DNA of 61,128 nt, counting the filler. It is 3 parts of 3 records of this genome, joined end to end, with 100 filler letters (N's around TTAATTAATTAA, not from the genome) between each part and the next. Parts side by side here need not be neighbours in the genome. Positions count along the whole stretch, not along the records: positions 1 to 31,926 come from SRR20825019_1116; positions 32,027 to 41,546 come from SRR20825019_1118; 1 more part is not named here. One strand, written 5' to 3'. The position numbers and the translations under genes were made by a program. The stretch's first letter is position 1, and every line of letters begins with the position of its first letter. Under the pieces are notes generated by a model, which ran no database searches, was not told the origin of the DNA, and saw only the letters and a list, made by a program, of their open reading frames with translations. Shown piece by piece: positions 28,755 to 38,959 of this stretch.

Positions 28755-29900
28755 ATGGCCGATCCCGATTTTCATACGCCGGATGATTTGGACCCGGACA
28801 TCATTCACCGCTCTCCGCACAAGGGACGCGGTGCTGTCAGTAATGTCAGCGGCCGGTTTGAGCAGGAACAGCGCCAGCGGGTCATCGGGGACTGGCCCGG
28901 CGATAATCCGTTCCAGGATGTGTCCGCTGATTTCCCCGATCTGGACGGCAAACCCAAAACCGAGGTCGGGATCGATGCATCCCGCACGATCATCGCCCGG
29001 AACAAGTCTCCCGACATCCCGTTCGATCGTTCGATCAACCCCTATCGCGGCTGCGAGCATGGCTGCATCTATTGTTTTGCCCGGCCGAGCCATGCCTATC
29101 TCGGTTATTCGCCGGGGCTCGATTTTGAAACCAGGCTGTTGGCGAAACCGGATGCGGCGATGCTGCTCGACGCTGCGCTGAGAAAGCCGGGCTACAAGCC
29201 GGATGTGATGGCGCTCGGAACCAATACGGACCCCTATCAGCCGATCGAGAAAGAGTACGGGATCACCCGTCAGGTGCTTCAGGTCCTGTCCGATTTCGGT
29301 CATCCGCTCTCCATTGTCACCAAATCGGTACTGGTCAGCCGCGACATAGATATTCTGGCACCGATGGCGGCACGCGGGCTGGTCTCGGTGGGGATCAGCA
29401 TCACCACGCTGGACCGGCATCTTGCCCGCATCATGGAGCCAAGGGCGGCAACGCCGGGACGCCGTCTGGATGCGGTGCATGCGCTCAAATCGGCGGGCAT
29501 TCCCGTCCACGTACTGGCGGCGCCGATTATTCCGGCGATCAATGACGGAGAGATTGAGGCGCTGGTGGAGGCGTCGGCGGAAGCCGGGGCGCGCGGTGTC
29601 GGCCATATCCTTCTGAGGCTGCCGCACGAGATCAAGGATCTGTTCCGGGAATGGCTGGAGCAGCATTTTCCGGACCGGGCGGACCGGGTCTATTCCCTGA
29701 TCAGGCAGACCCGAGATGGCGAGCTCTATCGGGCGGAGTGGGGGGAGCGCATGCGCGGCAGCGGACCCTATGCGGCCCTGATCCACCGCCGCTTCGAGAT
29801 CGCGAAAAAGCGGGTGGGCTTGTCCGGATCGTTCCCGCGGCTGCGCATGGACCGCTTCTCCGTGCCGCCGCGTGCCGGAGATCAGCTCAGCCTGTTGTAG
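28755..29900 (+). CDS. PA0069-family (SplB-like) radical SAM protein
   Basis: SINPYRGCEHGCIYCFARPSH (CxxxCxxC), GTNTDPYQP, C-terminal QLSLL clamp-binding-like motif. Confidence 0.92.
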   Translation: MADPDFHTPDDLDPDIIHRSPHKGRGAVSNVSGRFEQEQRQRVIGDWPGDNPFQDVSADFPDLDGKPKTEVGIDASRTIIARNKSPDIPFDRSINPYRGCEHGCIYCFARPSHAYLGYSPGLDFETRLLAKPDAAMLLDAALRKPGYKPDVMALGTNTDPYQPIEKEYGITRQVLQVLSDFGHPLSIVTKSVLVSRDIDILAPMAARGLVSVGISITTLDRHLARIMEPRAATPGRRLDAVHALKSAGIPVHVLAAPIIPAINDGEIEALVEASAEAGARGVGHILLRLPHEIKDLFREWLEQHFPDRADRVYSLIRQTRDGELYRAEWGERMRGSGPYAALIHRRFEIAKKRVGLSGSFPRLRMDRFSVPPRAGDQLSLL

Positions 29901-29904
29901 GACA

Positions 29905-30504
29905 TCAGGCCAGAAACAGGGAGGAGAGCAGCAGCAGGGCGAGCACGATATTCGCGACCCTGAGCCGGATGCCGTCCTGCAGCCAGCGGGAAAGACCGGC
30001 GCCGATCCCGGCCCAGGTGAAGCCGGAAAGAATGACGACAGCGAAGAACAGCGCACACATGACCGGCAGCCGGGCGGTGATGTCCGGCGAGCCATCGGCC
30101 GCAACGCCGCTGAAGGTGGTCATGGCGCTGGCCGAGATCAGCCAGGCCTTGGGGTTCACCCACTGGAAGGCGGCGGCTTCATAGAACCGCATCGGACGCT
30201 CCGGCCGGCCGACTTTCCCGGCGGAGCCGCCGGCGATTTTCCAGGCGAGGTAGATGAGGATGGTGATGGAAATGTAATGCAAGACTTCCAGCAACCCTGG
30301 AACGGCGCTTAGCAGCGACCAGAGGCCAAGCGCCACGGCGGCCAGCATTGCTGGGAAGCCAACGGCAACGCCGAGGATGTGCGGGACAGTCCGCGCGATG
30401 CCGAAATTGACCCCGGACGTCGTGAACAGCGTGTTGTTTGGCCCTGGCGTCAGGCTGAGGGTCAGGGCGAAAATGGCAAACCCTGCGATCCAGTCTTCAA
30501 ACAT
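29905..30504 (-). CDS. LysE family translocator
   Basis: TPGPNN, FQWVNPKAW, multiple TM helices. Confidence 0.9.
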   Translation of the reverse strand: MFEDWIAGFAIFALTLSLTPGPNNTLFTTSGVNFGIARTVPHILGVAVGFPAMLAAVALGLWSLLSAVPGLLEVLHYISITILIYLAWKIAGGSAGKVGRPERPMRFYEAAAFQWVNPKAWLISASAMTTFSGVAADGSPDITARLPVMCALFFAVVILSGFTWAGIGAGLSRWLQDGIRLRVANIVLALLLLSSLFLA

Positions 30505-30667
30505 TGCAGCAACCCTGTAGCAGCGCCCACTGTCGGGCTTTCGGCTGGATTAGGTCGTTATATGGAGGCGCCGCTGCAAGCAGAACCATGTCATGGATAC
30601 AATATTTCGTGGCTCTTCCTGTGTTGGTAGCTAGGTGTAGCGCCGGGGAGGACTATTTCGTAGGGCC

Positions 30668-30773
30668 AGGTGCAAAAACGCGGTCATTCCGATGCTTACT
30701 TTTCCGGAATGACCGTGTAGTGGATTGGTATTAAAAGATATTTCGGGTAGGGTTGGACCGTGATTTTGCACCT
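30668..30773. repeat. 106-bp element with 18-bp imperfect terminal inverted repeats and internal hairpin
   Basis: AGGTGCAAAAACGCGGTC (30668-30685) vs GACCGTGATTTTGCACCT (30756-30773), 16/18 complementary; internal CGGTCATTCCG...CGGAATGACCG. Confidence 0.55.
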
Positions 30774-30778
30774 CAGGA

Positions 30779-31432
30779 ATGAGTTATTTGTCTGATTTCA
30801 GCTTGGAAATGGATGCCGGTGCCGCACAGGGTGCTGTGATTGTCGGCATTGACGAGGTTGGGCGCGGGCCGCTTGCGGGGCCGGTGATGGCGGCGGCGGT
30901 ACATATTCCGTTTGCCCTGCATGCCGGTCCGCTTCTGAAGGACGTTACCGACTCCAAGAAGCTGAGCGCCGCCAAGCGGGAGCTTATTGCCGGGGCGCTT
31001 GTTGGCCTTGTCCCCCATGGTATCGGGGTGGCGGAGGTCGAGGAGATAGACCGGATCAATATCCTGCAGGCAACCTACCTCGCGATGGCGCGCGCGGCGG
31101 CGGCCCTGTCCAGCCGCCTCGATAGGGCGCCCGATCTGTACCTGATCGACGGTAACCGCCTGCCGCCGCTTCCCGTTCCCGCGCAGGCGGTGGTGAAGGG
31201 TGACATGAAGTCTCTCAGCATCGCCGCCGCTTCGATCATCGCCAAGGTGCACCGGGACAATGCGATGTGTGTTCTGGCAGAGGCCCATCCGGGATATGGC
31301 TGGGAGCGCAATGCCGGATACGGCACGGCCGAGCATCTGGCGGGCATCGCCGCGCTTGGTGTCACGGATCATCACCGGCGGTCCTTCCGGCCGGTCCGCG
31401 AAGCACTTTTCGCCGGTACCGGCACACCGTGA
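30779..31432 (+). CDS. rnhB: Ribonuclease HII
   Basis: GIDEVGRGPLAGPV, DSKKLS, IDGN, KGD..SLSIAAASIIAKV, HRRSF. Confidence 0.96.
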   Translation: MSYLSDFSLEMDAGAAQGAVIVGIDEVGRGPLAGPVMAAAVHIPFALHAGPLLKDVTDSKKLSAAKRELIAGALVGLVPHGIGVAEVEEIDRINILQATYLAMARAAAALSSRLDRAPDLYLIDGNRLPPLPVPAQAVVKGDMKSLSIAAASIIAKVHRDNAMCVLAEAHPGYGWERNAGYGTAEHLAGIAALGVTDHHRRSFRPVREALFAGTGTP

Positions 31433-31454
31433 CCTGAGGCGGGTGCTCTACTTC

Positions 31455-31926
<472 letters not shown>

Positions 31927-32026
31927 NNNNNNNNNNNNNNNNNNNNNNNNNNNNNNNNNNNNNNNNNNNNTTAATTAATTAANNNNNNNNNNNNNNNNNN
32001 NNNNNNNNNNNNNNNNNNNNNNNNNN
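31927..32026. other. Artificial contig spacer
   Basis: N-run, TTAATTAATTAA (stops in all six frames), N-run. Confidence 0.99.
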
Positions 32027-32896
32027 CACATCGACGAAAGTCTCGATGATGGCGCGGTGGTCGGAATCGCGCCAGACGGCAGAGAAATTAAATGTCATGG
32101 TGGGACGGCGGAGTTTGAGGAAGGTCACGCCGCTGGATTGCATACGATTGAGATCGGTGGGCACGAGGGCGACGCCGGCACCGGAACCGATGAGACCGAG
32201 GAGCTCGTTCAGTCCACTCGCATGCATGCCGATCTCGGGATTGATTTTGGCCAGTTTGAAAAGGCGCTGATGCATGGCCTCGCGTCCGGGGAAGCGTTCT
32301 TCGTTGAGGCTCAGAAACGTGTCCTGAGCAAAATCCGCCAGCGTCACGTTTTTGTGAGTCGCGAGAGCGTGATCCGACGGCACGACCATCCCCAATGGGG
32401 TGGTGCGGAGTGAGCGTGTGAAAAACTCCGTCTTCACTTTGCTCGACGCCGCGCCGGGAAGCGCGAGATCGATGGCTCCGCGCCGGAGTGCCGCGATCTG
32501 TTCGCCGGGATGCATCTCGGTGATCTGCACGCAAACCTTGGGCTGTTCGCGATTAAACAGTTTTAATCCTTCCGCCAACATGCCGGGCAGCGCCGTGGGG
32601 ATGAAACCGACGTTGAGGGTGATGCGACGTCCAACGTGACTGAACGCCTGCATCGAATCGGACAGCTGACCGGACCCGCGCAAAATCGTTCTGGCTTGGG
32701 GGAGAGCCATTTCTCCAGCGGGAGTCAGGCTGAGGCCCTGTGGCTCGCGCTTGAAAAGCGGCACGCCGAGTTCGGTCTCCAGATCGCGGATTTGGCGCGA
32801 GATCGCGGGTTGCGAGACATTCAACCGCGCCGCGGCCCGGCTGATGTTAGCCTCTTCGGCGACCATGATGAAATAGCGCAGGTGACGGAGCTCCAT
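32027..32896 (-). CDS. LysR-family transcriptional regulator (3' end truncated by contig edge)
   Basis: MELRHLRYFIMVAEEANISRAAARLNVSQPAISRQIRDLE HTH; divergent from pirin. Confidence 0.95.
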
Positions 32897-32974
32897 AGAA
32901 GGTATAACTAAAACGCATAGCGGCACAAGCACAAGGTATTGGTGCATTCATCCGGCATGCGGTATTCTCTGCTC

Positions 32975-33706
32975 ATGAACTCCAACTCATCAACAACCCG
33001 CACCGTCACGAAGCGTCCCGCCAACGAACGCGGTCAAGCCAACCACGGCTGGCTGCAGGCCCGGTTTACGTTTTCGTTTTCCGAATACTTCGATCCCGAT
33101 CACATGGGCTTCCAATCCCTGCGGGTGATGAACAACGACACGATCCAGCCGGGTGGCGGCTTTCCGAAGCATCCGCATGCCGACATGGAGATTTTTACTT
33201 ATGTGATCGAAGGCCAGCTTGCCCACGAGGACAGCATGGGCAACGGCTCGACGATCGAAGCCGGTGATTTGCAATACATGAGCGCGGGTCGCGGCGTGCA
33301 TCACAGCGAATTCAATCCTTCGTCGGCCAATCCCACCCACCTGTATCAAGTCTGGCTGCAACCGAATGAAAACGGCGGCGAGCCGCGTTATGCCGAAAAG
33401 AAGCTCGGGGAGAGCGCGGCACCCAATGCGCTGACCTTGCTCTTCTCGGGCGATGGTCGCGATGGCTCCACCGCGATCCGGCAAAACGCCGAGATCTCCT
33501 TCGGTCGTCTGGATGCGGGCGCTTCGCTCGAAATCCCCGCTTCAACAGATCGTCCGCACGTGTGGCTGCAGGTCATCTCCGGATCCGTAAACGTGGCGGG
33601 TGAAACGCTCGACACCGCCGATGGCGTCGAGATTAAAAACGATCCCGGCGCGATCCCGGTCGCAGCCACGGCCGACACGAAGTTCCTCCTCTTCCGTCTG
33701 AGCTGA
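32975..33706 (+). CDS. Pirin-family protein (YhhW-like)
   Basis: HGWL...FSFSEYFDP, GFPKHPHADMEI, HEDSMGN, MSAGRGVHHSEFN. Confidence 0.93.
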   Translation: MNSNSSTTRTVTKRPANERGQANHGWLQARFTFSFSEYFDPDHMGFQSLRVMNNDTIQPGGGFPKHPHADMEIFTYVIEGQLAHEDSMGNGSTIEAGDLQYMSAGRGVHHSEFNPSSANPTHLYQVWLQPNENGGEPRYAEKKLGESAAPNALTLLFSGDGRDGSTAIRQNAEISFGRLDAGASLEIPASTDRPHVWLQVISGSVNVAGETLDTADGVEIKNDPGAIPVAATADTKFLLFRLS

Positions 33707-33738
33707 ATGACAAGTCCATGTGGCATGCTCTGGAATAT

Positions 33739-33842
33739 TGGAGGGACCGGCTCCGCCCGGTCCGGACCCATACACAGCTTGAATTTCCCAAACCGGACGA
33801 CGTGAAAGTCGTCCCTCCATTAATAGAGCCGACCCGGCTACA
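33739..33842. repeat. Intergenic REP-like palindrome cluster
   Basis: TGGAGGGACCGG-loop-CCGGTCC and inverted GGACGAC-loop-GTCGTCCCTCCA pair, plus a partial GTAG-type unit on the minus strand. Confidence 0.7.
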
Positions 33843-33877
33843 GAAATCTTATCTCTAAAATCTAACCCACTCATATT

Positions 33878-34267
33878 ATGAAAGAAAAAATCATCGGCGG
33901 CCTGCTTGGCCTTATCTTCTTGGTCTTCGGACTCAACTTCTTCCTGAACTTCCTGCCCAATCCTCCGATGGAGGAAGGCACGCCACCCGCCATGTTTATG
34001 GGCGCGATGTATGTGTCGGGCTACCTGACCTTCGTGAAGGTGCTGGAGATTCTGGGCGGTATCCTGATCGCGATTCCGAAGCTGCGTCGGCTCGGCATGC
34101 TGATCCTCGGACCGATCGTGGTGAACATCCTCGCGACCAATGTGTTCATGATCAAAGGCGGCTGGATGCAGCCTCCCGTGTTCCTGGTCGTCATTTTCTC
34201 CGCGTTTCTCCTGTGGTCAGAACGGAAGTCATTCTGTGCTCTGATTAAGGGCGCGGCGAATGAGTGA
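33878..34267 (+). CDS. DoxX-like membrane protein
   Basis: Four hydrophobic helices; LLGLIFLVFGLNFF, VKVLEILGG, LGPIVVNI. Confidence 0.78.
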   Translation: MKEKIIGGLLGLIFLVFGLNFFLNFLPNPPMEEGTPPAMFMGAMYVSGYLTFVKVLEILGGILIAIPKLRRLGMLILGPIVVNILATNVFMIKGGWMQPPVFLVVIFSAFLLWSERKSFCALIKGAANE

Positions 34268-34291
34268 TAGCGTTTAATCTCTGTTAGTTCG

Positions 34292-34324
34292 GAGCGGTTG
34301 CTGATTCAGTAACCGCTCTTTTTT
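34292..34324 (+). terminator. Rho-independent terminator
   Basis: GAGCGGTTGCTG-ATT-CAGTAACCGCTC hairpin followed by T tract. Confidence 0.85.
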
Positions 34325-34464
34325 CTCACCGCCTCAAACTGGGCCTTTCCGATTGATCTACTCACGCGGAGAACACAGAGGCGCGGAGATTATAGTTTAG
34401 ATAGTGCTTACTCATTCGTTTCTCCCCGTCGCGGTCGTCGCGAGACTACGGATTGGATTTTGAA

Positions 34465-37400
34465 TCAACGAGACGTCTCGCGGCGCTGCCACCAGGTGAG
34501 AACGGTGACGAGAAGGGTCGGCAAAAAGGTGAGGGTGATTGCGGCGGTGAAGAGCAGGCCGAAGAGCACGATTGCGCCGACGCCGCGGTAGAGTTCCGTG
34601 CCGGCGCCGGGGATGAGCACAAGCGGGGCGAGCCCGCAAACTGTCGTGATGGTTGACATCATGATCGGACGCAGGCGCGAAGCCACCGCCTCTTCGACGG
34701 CTTGCACTACCGTGGTGCCGGCGGTCTTAAGATTGGAGATGGTTTCTTCCACGATCAGGATCGGATTGTTCACGACGGTGCCCAACAGAATGAGGAATCC
34801 GAGCATGGTGATCATGTCGAAAGGCTGACTGATCGGGGCGATTCCGATCCAAGGTAACAGTCCTCCAAGGAAGTTGAGCAGCCAGAGGCCGATGATCCCG
34901 CCGGCGATCCCGATCGGCACAGTGATGAGAATAAGGAATGGATAACCCCAGTGGGTGAAGATGACGACAAGCAGGAGGAAACTCAGTAACACGGAGACGA
35001 TGAAATTGCCGCCGAGTGCTTCGCGGGTATCGCTCAACTGATCACTGGCTCCGGAAAGGCTGACGGAAACGGCGGGTGGAATCTCACCCGCGTTGCGCAG
35101 GTGATTCACGACATCCTCGCGCACGATATCGACAGCGGTTTCCAACGCGACGGATCGAGGCGGCACGATATTGAGCGTGACCGTGCGGCGTCCATCCACG
35201 CGACGGATCGCATCGGTATCCACGGTCTCGACGATATCGGCGAGCGCGCTGACGGGTTGCACGCCACCTCGCGGGGTATGCAGTGAGAAATCGCCGATGC
35301 TGCCAATCTGTCGGGCCGCGACGTCGCGATTGTAGAGGAAGATGTCGATCTTGTCGTCATCGAGAAAGAACTCATCGACGTAGGCACCGTCGGTGAGCGC
35401 GGAAACGGCGTAACCGAACTCCTGGGCGCTGAAACCGAGCTCGGCGGCGCGATCCCAACGCGGACGGAGTTCGACGAGCGGTTGACCGAGCACGAGGTTG
35501 GAAGGGGATGAACCGATTTGCGGATTGGTAAATACGGCGTCGGCGCGCCGATAAGCGGCGAGAGCGGTCGTGTAGATCTCGGGTAGATCGGGTCCGCTGA
35601 TGTCGAGATTCACACTGCGGGTGCCGCCGTCGTTACTGGAAATGATCGAACCGCGGGAGGAGAAGGCCCGCATACCGGGATAGGAGCGCAGGTGAGAGGT
35701 GATCACATCCATGAAAGCGTTGATCTGCGCCGGGCTTTGCGTGGTGGCGATGAGCCGCAGCGAGCCCGGTTGGACGATGAGATAGAAGGTCTTGATGGCG
35801 GGCACCTCAGCATTCCCGGAAGCAAAGTCATCGGGATCCGCTCCCACGAAGGGCAGGAATTTCTCTTCAACCTTGGCGGCGATTTCTTCCATGGCCTCGA
35901 GACTGTAACCCGGAGGGGCGATCATCATGGAGAAGGTTTTGGCCTCTTCACCTTCGGGAAGATATTCGGCGGGCGGAGTCAGGAAGGCCAGCGAGGCAGC
36001 GGTGAGCGCAAAGATGCCGGCGATAAACGCGAGGCGACGGCGCGCCGTCGCGATGAGCCAATGGACGGCGGCGATGATGCGGCCCTTGAAAGGCGCGGGC
36101 GCGGGATCGGCGTTAGGATCAGCGAGCGGTTTAAATGCGAGTCGGGCGGTGGCCGCCGGCACGAGGGTGACGGCGATGATCATCGAAAGGATAATCGAAG
36201 AGGCGATGGCGATCGCGATATCCGAGTAGAGTTGCCCTGCTTCTTCCTTCACGAAGAGCACGGGCACGAAAACCAGCACGGTGGTGAGAGTGGACGCGAG
36301 GACGGCGGTCCACACGCGGCGCACCCCGGCAAGAGCGGCTTCAAATCGTCCGAGTCCGCGCCTTCGTTCGATCTCGATGGCTTCGAGCACGACGATCGTG
36401 TTGTCCACGGTCATGCCGATCGCGAAGGCCACCCCGGCGAGGGAGATCACGTTGATCGTGCGTCCAAAGATAAAGAGCCCCAGGAAGGCGGCGATGGTGC
36501 AGATGGGGATGCCGATCAGACCGACGATGGTGACCGGCACGGACCGTAAAAAGAGAAACATCACAATGGCGGCGAGAGCGGCCCCGATCGCGAGATTGGT
36601 CCAGACGTTGGCGATGGAGTCCTCGACGTAAACGACATCGTCGTTGGAAAGCATCATCTTCATGCCGGAGGGTCCGAGTAGCTCGCGGTTGATTTCCTCG
36701 ACGGCTTCGAGCACAGCGGCACGGACTTCGATCACGTTGGCTCCGGTTTCGCGTTTGACCGAGAGACCGATGACCGGAGTGCCGCTGAAAAAGGAATGAC
36801 GGCGGATCTCGGCGTGATGGAGACGGATTTCGGCGACATCCTCGAGACGGACCAGTGCGTCGTCGCGAGAGGCGATGATGAGCTGCCCGAGATCAGCGGG
36901 GCTTTTGAAACGGCCGATGGTGCGAATCAGGTAACGGCGTTTGCCGCTGTCCAGATCGCCGCCGGAGATGTCGCGATTGCGTTCGCGGATGGCGTTGCGA
37001 ACCTGCGTGAGCGTGAGGCCGCGAGCGGCGAGCCGTTCGGGATCGACGAGGATCTGAATCTGACGTTCGGCTCCGCCGCTGACGTTGACCTCGGATACGC
37101 CGGACGCGCGTTCAAGGCGGGTGCGCACGTAGTCATCCACGTAATCGCGCATGACCGTCATATCGAGACGACGTGGATTTTCCGGAAGCGGTAAAACGCG
37201 GAAATGGAGAAACGCGTTGTCCGAGAACGAGCTGGTGAGAAGGCGGGGTTCGTCGACGTTTTCCGGATACGCCGGCACCTGGCTGAGCGCGTTGTTTACC
37301 CTCACGAGAGCATCGTTGATTTCGGTGCCGAAAGGGAATTCGAGTTCGATGCTGGCCTGGCCGGTCGAGGCGGTGGAAACCATGCGGCTGAGATTGGGGA

Positions 37401-37614
37401 TGCCGCGGAGGTATTCCTCCTGTTCGATCACGATTTCTTTTTCGACATCCTGGGGCGTCGCGCCGGGCCACGAGGTTTGCACACTGATCGTGCGCACTTC
37501 GAGATCGGGAATCATCTGCACCGGCACGCGGAATGCCGCGAGGAGTCCGAACAGACAAACGATCAGGATGGTGACCGTGAGGAGAGTGCCGCGGCGGAGA
37601 AGTGCTTCGAGCAT
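34465..37614 (-). CDS. RND efflux transporter permease (AcrB/AcrD/AcrF family)
   Basis: 1049 aa; WPGATPQDVEKEI, GMTVDNTIVVLE, ASTLTTVLVF, SRLRPIMMSTITT. Confidence 0.95.
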   Translation of the reverse strand: MLEALLRRGTLLTVTILIVCLFGLLAAFRVPVQMIPDLEVRTISVQTSWPGATPQDVEKEIVIEQEEYLRGIPNLSRMVSTASTGQASIELEFPFGTEINDALVRVNNALSQVPAYPENVDEPRLLTSSFSDNAFLHFRVLPLPENPRRLDMTVMRDYVDDYVRTRLERASGVSEVNVSGGAERQIQILVDPERLAARGLTLTQVRNAIRERNRDISGGDLDSGKRRYLIRTIGRFKSPADLGQLIIASRDDALVRLEDVAEIRLHHAEIRRHSFFSGTPVIGLSVKRETGANVIEVRAAVLEAVEEINRELLGPSGMKMMLSNDDVVYVEDSIANVWTNLAIGAALAAIVMFLFLRSVPVTIVGLIGIPICTIAAFLGLFIFGRTINVISLAGVAFAIGMTVDNTIVVLEAIEIERRRGLGRFEAALAGVRRVWTAVLASTLTTVLVFVPVLFVKEEAGQLYSDIAIAIASSIILSMIIAVTLVPAATARLAFKPLADPNADPAPAPFKGRIIAAVHWLIATARRRLAFIAGIFALTAASLAFLTPPAEYLPEGEEAKTFSMMIAPPGYSLEAMEEIAAKVEEKFLPFVGADPDDFASGNAEVPAIKTFYLIVQPGSLRLIATTQSPAQINAFMDVITSHLRSYPGMRAFSSRGSIISSNDGGTRSVNLDISGPDLPEIYTTALAAYRRADAVFTNPQIGSSPSNLVLGQPLVELRPRWDRAAELGFSAQEFGYAVSALTDGAYVDEFFLDDDKIDIFLYNRDVAARQIGSIGDFSLHTPRGGVQPVSALADIVETVDTDAIRRVDGRRTVTLNIVPPRSVALETAVDIVREDVVNHLRNAGEIPPAVSVSLSGASDQLSDTREALGGNFIVSVLLSFLLLVVIFTHWGYPFLILITVPIGIAGGIIGLWLLNFLGGLLPWIGIAPISQPFDMITMLGFLILLGTVVNNPILIVEETISNLKTAGTTVVQAVEEAVASRLRPIMMSTITTVCGLAPLVLIPGAGTELYRGVGAIVLFGLLFTAAITLTFLPTLLVTVLTWWQRRETSR

Positions 37615-37635
37615 CGGGATACAGGACTTAAGAGA

Positions 37636-38736
37636 TTAACCCTGAGGTGTGATCGTGGCGGCCTCGGGGCGAACAGCTTGGCCGTCACGGAGCGTTTCAT
37701 TGCCGCGGATAATAATTTGTTGCCCGGCTTCGATACCGGTGCGGATCTCCACGAGATCGGCATAGGATCGCCCGAGATCCACGCGTCGCGGAGTCGCTTT
37801 CCAAGAGTCGCCTTCACGGAGGGCAACCCAGACGTTTACGGTGCCATCGGGGCGGCGCACGAGCGCGTCGCGGGGCACACTGAGAATCGGCCGCGCACTG
37901 CGCAGACCGAAAATGACGCGGGCGGATTTGCCGGGGAGTAGATGGATGGCCGAATCCGTGGGTTCCACCCGGATCAGTGCGGTGCGGGTGCCGGGATTGC
38001 TGACGGGGACTCGGGCGGAAACGCGTCCGCCCAGTCGCGAATCCGGTTGCGCATCGGGTAGGATGGAAACCGGTGTGTCGGCATTGATATCAGCGAAACG
38101 TTCCTGCGGGATCTGCACATCGATGCGGGCGCGATCGACGGAGACGAGTTGGATCGCAGCGTTGCCGGTGGAGACCCATTCGCCGGCGTCGGTGAGCTTT
38201 TGAGTCACCACGCCATCGAAGGGCGCGATGATGACGTGACGGGCGAGGAGCTCGGCGCTTTCCCGGGCTTCGATTTCCAATCGGGCCGCGGCGGCGGAGG
38301 CCATGGCGAGTTCGTTGTCGCGGCTTTTGGCTTCGCTGCTGGAAATCGAATTTTTGGCGAGCAGTTGTTGAGCCTCGTCGCGTCGACGTTCGTTTTCGGC
38401 GAGTTGCACGCGAGCTTCTTTCAGGGCTGCTTGTGCGCGATCGACGGCCAGACCCGCCATGACAGCATCAAGAGAAACGAGTTTATCGCCCTTCTTGACA
38501 TGATCTCCCGCATCGACGTGGACCGTGGCGACGAGTCCGCTCGTGCGAGGAGAGAGAGCGGCCTGTTGACGGGCGGTCACAGTGCCGGTGAGCGAGAGCT
38601 CTTCGACGACCCGATTCAGGCTAGCCTCGGTGGTGACGACCGGCACAGCGTTTTGGGCCCGGAGCGAAGGGGTGGCCATGAGCGCGATCAGGAGGAGGGC
38701 GCAAGGGACGAAGAATGCGGTGCGAAAAGATCTCAT
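37636..38736 (-). CDS. RND efflux periplasmic adaptor (membrane fusion protein)
   Basis: Signal peptide; lipoyl half-motifs SGLVATVHVDAGDHVKKGD and IIAPFDGVV; helical hairpin. Confidence 0.93.
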   Translation of the reverse strand: MRSFRTAFFVPCALLLIALMATPSLRAQNAVPVVTTEASLNRVVEELSLTGTVTARQQAALSPRTSGLVATVHVDAGDHVKKGDKLVSLDAVMAGLAVDRAQAALKEARVQLAENERRRDEAQQLLAKNSISSSEAKSRDNELAMASAAAARLEIEARESAELLARHVIIAPFDGVVTQKLTDAGEWVSTGNAAIQLVSVDRARIDVQIPQERFADINADTPVSILPDAQPDSRLGGRVSARVPVSNPGTRTALIRVEPTDSAIHLLPGKSARVIFGLRSARPILSVPRDALVRRPDGTVNVWVALREGDSWKATPRRVDLGRSYADLVEIRTGIEAGQQIIIRGNETLRDGQAVRPEAATITPQG

Positions 38737-38959
38737 GAAAATTATGGTCGGTCGTTGGTCGTGGGCCTGGAAATTTAATCGAATGGAGAAATGAAGAGGT
38801 TCCTATATAGATAACGGAAAAATAAAATTGGGTCGAGTATAGTCGAAAAATTCGCGACGAAAAGGGAGCTATTGCTTGGCTACCTTTTTAATTTGGACTG
38901 GAGCCCGAATCCGGTGAAAGAATTCCGGATTGGTTTAGCCCGCGGATAAACGCTCGTGA

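Noticed and set aside
31971-31982. TTAATTAATTAA as a CtrA site or regulatory palindrome (also at 41591)
   Set aside because: It is a synthetic six-frame-stop linker embedded in N runs.
34465-38736. RND pump lacking an outer-membrane factor gene
   Set aside because: This is a common arrangement; TolC-like partners are often encoded elsewhere.
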